Assembly: GCF_009914755.1 (NCBI RefSeq)
Contig: NC_060927.1
Length of the DNA: 64,000 nucleotides
Direction: 5' to 3' (one strand)
Origin: the human T2T-CHM13v2.0 reference genome, Homo sapiens
The position numbers and the translations under genes were made by a program. A model generated the notes under the pieces. That model saw nothing but the letters and a program-made list of their open reading frames with translations, searched no databases and was not told the DNA's origin. Of this stretch, positions 59,947 to 64,000 are shown in pieces; position 1 is the first letter of the stretch; each line of letters begins with the position of its first letter.

Positions 59947-59975
59947 TGCTTCACCCTTTAGAAATTATGGGACAA

Positions 59976-60259
59976 CCCAGCACTTTGGGAGGCCTAGGTG
60001 GGTTGATTATTTGAGGTCAGGAGATTGAGTCCAGCCTGGCCAATATGGTGAAACCCTATTCTACAAAAAATTAAAAAAAAAATTAGCTAGGAATGGTGTT
60101 GGGTGCCTGTAATCCCAGCTACTCATGAAGCTGAGGCAGGAGAATCACTTGAACCCAAGAGGCGGAGGTTGCAGAGAGCCGAGATGACGCCATTGCACTC
60201 CAGCCTGGGTGACAAGAGCAAAACTCAATCTCAAAAAAAAAGAAAAAGAAAGAAAGAAA
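59976..60259 (+). mobile_element. 5'-truncated AluS with intact TSD
   Basis: Starts at cccagcactttggg; TSD agaaattatg(g/a)gac at 59960 and 60260. Confidence 0.93.
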
Positions 60260-61249
60260 AGAAATTATGAGACTAGATCACTAGCCTGAAACTAAAATAT
60301 AATTTGTAAATACTGATTTGCAGAAAGAAATAAGAATAATAATAAATTTTCTTGGGCTTTGTAGAAGGTGAGAGTGCCTTTCATTTCTCAAAGAATATGC
60401 TATTTCTAGCTATGCAAATTCATATTTTGTGCAAGGTTAAAGAGTATAACATACAGTTCATGCTAATACTGAAAATTAAATTTGGACATGGCTATTGTCC
60501 CCAAATCAAGGGAGAAACATTTAAAATCCAGTTGAATCAATTCTCTGAAATATTACAGCTGTAGCAAATGTCAATACAGAGTGACAGAGGCAGCTGCTGG
60601 ATAATCTCAAGGGCCAAACATTCAATGTGTTCCATAGTTCAAGATGTGAAAATTCTTTGGCCACAGTACATAATGACTTGAGGCTTTCATTCACTGTGTG
60701 GGGAGAGTGGAGAGCATGGAAGAGCTCCATATCAAATTTTTAAATACTAACCCAAATGAAGGTGAAAATGTCTCCAGTAACGTTCACAGATTGGGGTAAA
60801 GATTATGACAAAAACAGTGACTAAAGCAGAAATGCTTATAGACTATGTGGTTTGGCAGAAGACTTTTACAAGGCGAACTATTTATAATAAAACATTAGAG
60901 GTAATGAAAACAGGTCAGATTCTTAATTACTCATCATTGATAGAAATGATTAAAGAGCACAGCAAATTAGCTACAAAGAATTAGCAGAGAGAAAGGCAAT
61001 GCAGTAAATATTCTATGCTATAGGTTGGGTATTCAAAATGAGAATAGAGAAGAGTTTGGTATACAATTTTACAACCTAATGGGTGAAATCCACACTTTTG
61101 TCCATCTTTTTACTTTATTTAACCTTGGGAAATTAGAGCTATAGCAATAAAAATCAGTTTGAGAAAAGTTCAGCTATAGTTTCTTATTCTAGTAAATTAA
61201 ATGGATAAAAGCAAATTGCTCTTATTTGGAAATTTAATTTAAGTCATAC

Positions 61250-61768
61250 ATATGTATCAATACTTCTGCAAACAAACCACATCACAACCCAGTGGCTTCA
61301 AACAATAATTTATTATCTTTTATTCTTCTATGGGGGAACTATATGGTTCTCCCTTGGGTTATGTCAAGTGGTTGTGGTAAGATACTACAGTCATTTGAAG
61401 TTTTCTCTTCAGTGGACTTTAAAGAAGGCTTATTCATATGGTGGCAGTTGATACTCATTATCGCCTGGTAGCTGTTATGTTCCTGACTACCAGAGGATGA
61501 TAATGTGATCATTCTATGGGATTATTTTGACTTCCTACACTATGGCTGCTGAATTCTCAAGAAAAGTATCATCACGAAAGGACTCCAAGGAATGCGTAGC
61601 TGTCACCCTTTTAAGAACTGGACCCAATACATGTACACAGTCACCTCTTAACTTTTGTTGTGTAAAGCGGTAATGAAATTTGTATAATTATAAAGTGAAG
61701 TGGCAGAAATCCTGTTTTTCAACTGGAGAAAAGTCAAAGAATTTGTAGTCATTTTAAATTTTCCATTA
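61250..61768 (-). mobile_element. Ancient MLT1 (H-L type) LTR
   Basis: 'aacaaaccac..cagtggcttcaaacaataatttattat', 'tatggctgctgaattc', 'aaagaatttgtagtcattttaaa'. Confidence 0.65.
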
Positions 61769-64000
61769 GAAGTGGGATTTAATAGTGATACTTAGAAACC
61801 ATTATATTTAAATAAGGATTGGAAAACAAAAATCCTACATGCTTTGAAAGACTTAACTCTTTGGCCACAAGAAAATTAATTACCAGTGTCAAGGTATCGT
61901 ATGAATATGTATTCATGTATTCATTTTCAAAGCTGCATGTGTGATGGAATAGTTTAAATGCATTGCTGTGCCTAGACTATTGCACCATTGCTAAAATTAA
62001 TGCTCCCATACAAGAAAGAAAAATCAATTTGCATTGATTAGGGAGTACTGTGAACAGAAACATAGTATCAAAATCCATCCTGACTTGAAATTTTGAAATT
62101 GTATTGTCAGAGACGTAGACATGAATTTTTTTCCATTTGTATATGACAAAAGACTTCAGAATGAGAATATATTTTCTGTACACCCTGAGAAATTTTACCT
62201 TAGTAGCTCCACAGGACCTGTAGAATGAAAAACATATCTGAAGACTAAACTTATTTTTATGTCTTCATTGTCTTTAACTCAGAAAGGAGACTTGGAATGT
62301 ACCCAGGGAGGTGAATTCCCTATTCAACTATATTCCTGTGTTATGAAAGAGATCTCCATGGTGGATTTCAAATAATACACATTAATGCAGGACAAGGAAA
62401 AAACTGTGTCCAGAAAATTTTACCAAAAATATGCCACAAGGTATTTCGAGAACCATCTTTCAGAACACAATGGAAAATTAGATCAATGATCCAATTGCTA
62501 GATTCTATTCATCTACATGAATGGGATCAATAAATTTTGGAAACCTGGAAAACCATGAGATGGGAACATAAACAGCATTTATACGAGATGAAAAGTTGGG
62601 GTTAACATGTATATTTCAAGGAACTTTTTTAGTTTATTTGCTCATCTTTTTTATTTGGTTTGTTTTTAGACTATGTAAGTTATTTCAAATTTCAAAGGAG
62701 TCTGGTTGTTTTAAGAACTTGGAGTGTTTAGGACACAAAAATAAATAAGTAAAGGATAAAGTCTTAAGAACATACTAATTCAAAAATATATATATAATAT
62801 GAGCATTTGCTGTGGAAACCTGGAGGCTGTTGAAGTGAAATCAGATTCTCAATTACTCAAGGTTGATAAAAAAATAAATCTATGGGGGTGAACATAAGTG
62901 TCTTATCATGTTAAGATGAATAAAATTAAATAAAATAAATAAATGACAATTACTTTATTATATTTGATACTAAGATTTTACCTAAAATGATATGTATTTG
63001 TTAAATTCATTTCATGGGCTCCTATATTCATGATGTGCACATGCCATGAATTTGTCTGTATAAGTTCTAGCATGCAGTACATTTATGAACCTTACTATTA
63101 TAATATTTCTTATTCATACAATTCAAAAATTATGAAAACTACATATGCAAAGGATAAATGGAATTCTGTCTTTGAGGAGGAAGAATTTTCTATCATATGT
63201 TAATTTTTCCTGAAATAATACTAAATGTTTAAATTTCATAGTGAAGCTCCTATTTATGTACAAACACTTAATAAAGAGAAAGTAGTTGAACTTGCTTGAT
63301 AACTGAGGTAAAATATGTGAGATGGAAGCAACCTGGTAACAAGGGCCATCCCTGGTCCTGTTTAAGTGTCAGGTACTGTACCTTCAAATCTTTACAGATG
63401 GTTTTCTCTACAGTCTTGGATACTGGCTTAAAAACTTCTCAAGCCAGTAAACCATGGTAAATGTATGGTTTAATCATTTTAAACCATTAATCATTAAACA
63501 AAATTATTGATCACTTTAATCATTTTGTTTTCTCTCTCTTAGGTTTCACTCTCCTTCACTGGCTGATACCCAGTGTCATACAAAGCACAGTTTCATATAT
63601 ATTACTCCCTTTTTATTTATGTTTTATGTTTGTTTACATTTGTGTTTATTTTGCTTTGTTTTGTTTTGGACAGGATAGGAACTCTGGTCCTCATTACTCT
63701 ATGTTGGCTGAAAGTAGAAGTTTCTTTTATCTAATAACTGTATATTTTATGATAAAATTAGTTCTACTTTTAATCTCTAAATACTGAAAATGCTGAACAC
63801 TTTAATTATGTAATTTTTTTAAAAAATTAATTTATTGCTAAATTATAATTACATAATAAAAATAATTTTAATGGTACCTAACAGAAATTACGTACTCAAA
63901 AATGTTATATTATATTAACCATTCTAGGACTTATTCCCAACTCTCCCCTACCCACTGACAAAAACTTTCTCTTGAACCAAACTTCAGTTTGGCTCCTCTG

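Overview
Primate genomic DNA, probably hominoid given an L1PA4-like 3' end and AluY elements. It is AT-rich and reads as gene desert or the interior of a large intron. I can support no host protein-coding exon, RNA gene or CRISPR array, and most supplied ORFs are repeat-derived or low-complexity. The window is a layered transposon record: 12 Alu/FLAM elements, two 5'-inverted (twin-primed) L1PA copies, long decayed L1M tracts, a complete Tigger3b-like DNA transposon, a full-length THE1A MaLR, several solo LTRs, an ERVL integrase/dUTPase remnant, and a tRNA-Pro-primed ERV1 provirus. I found no convincing new biological system. The most unusual structures are: (i) the ERV1 provirus, which has a ~135-bp inverted copy of its own leader inside gag and a related solo LTR nested in its 3' LTR; (ii) dispersed short direct repeats flanking unexplained segments; (iii) a chain of four hairpins ahead of a splice-acceptor-like tract near 63.5 kb; (iv) three copies of one Alu target site. 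Repeat family names come from recalled consensus sequences, not a database search. Boundaries of old elements are approximate and identities were counted by hand.
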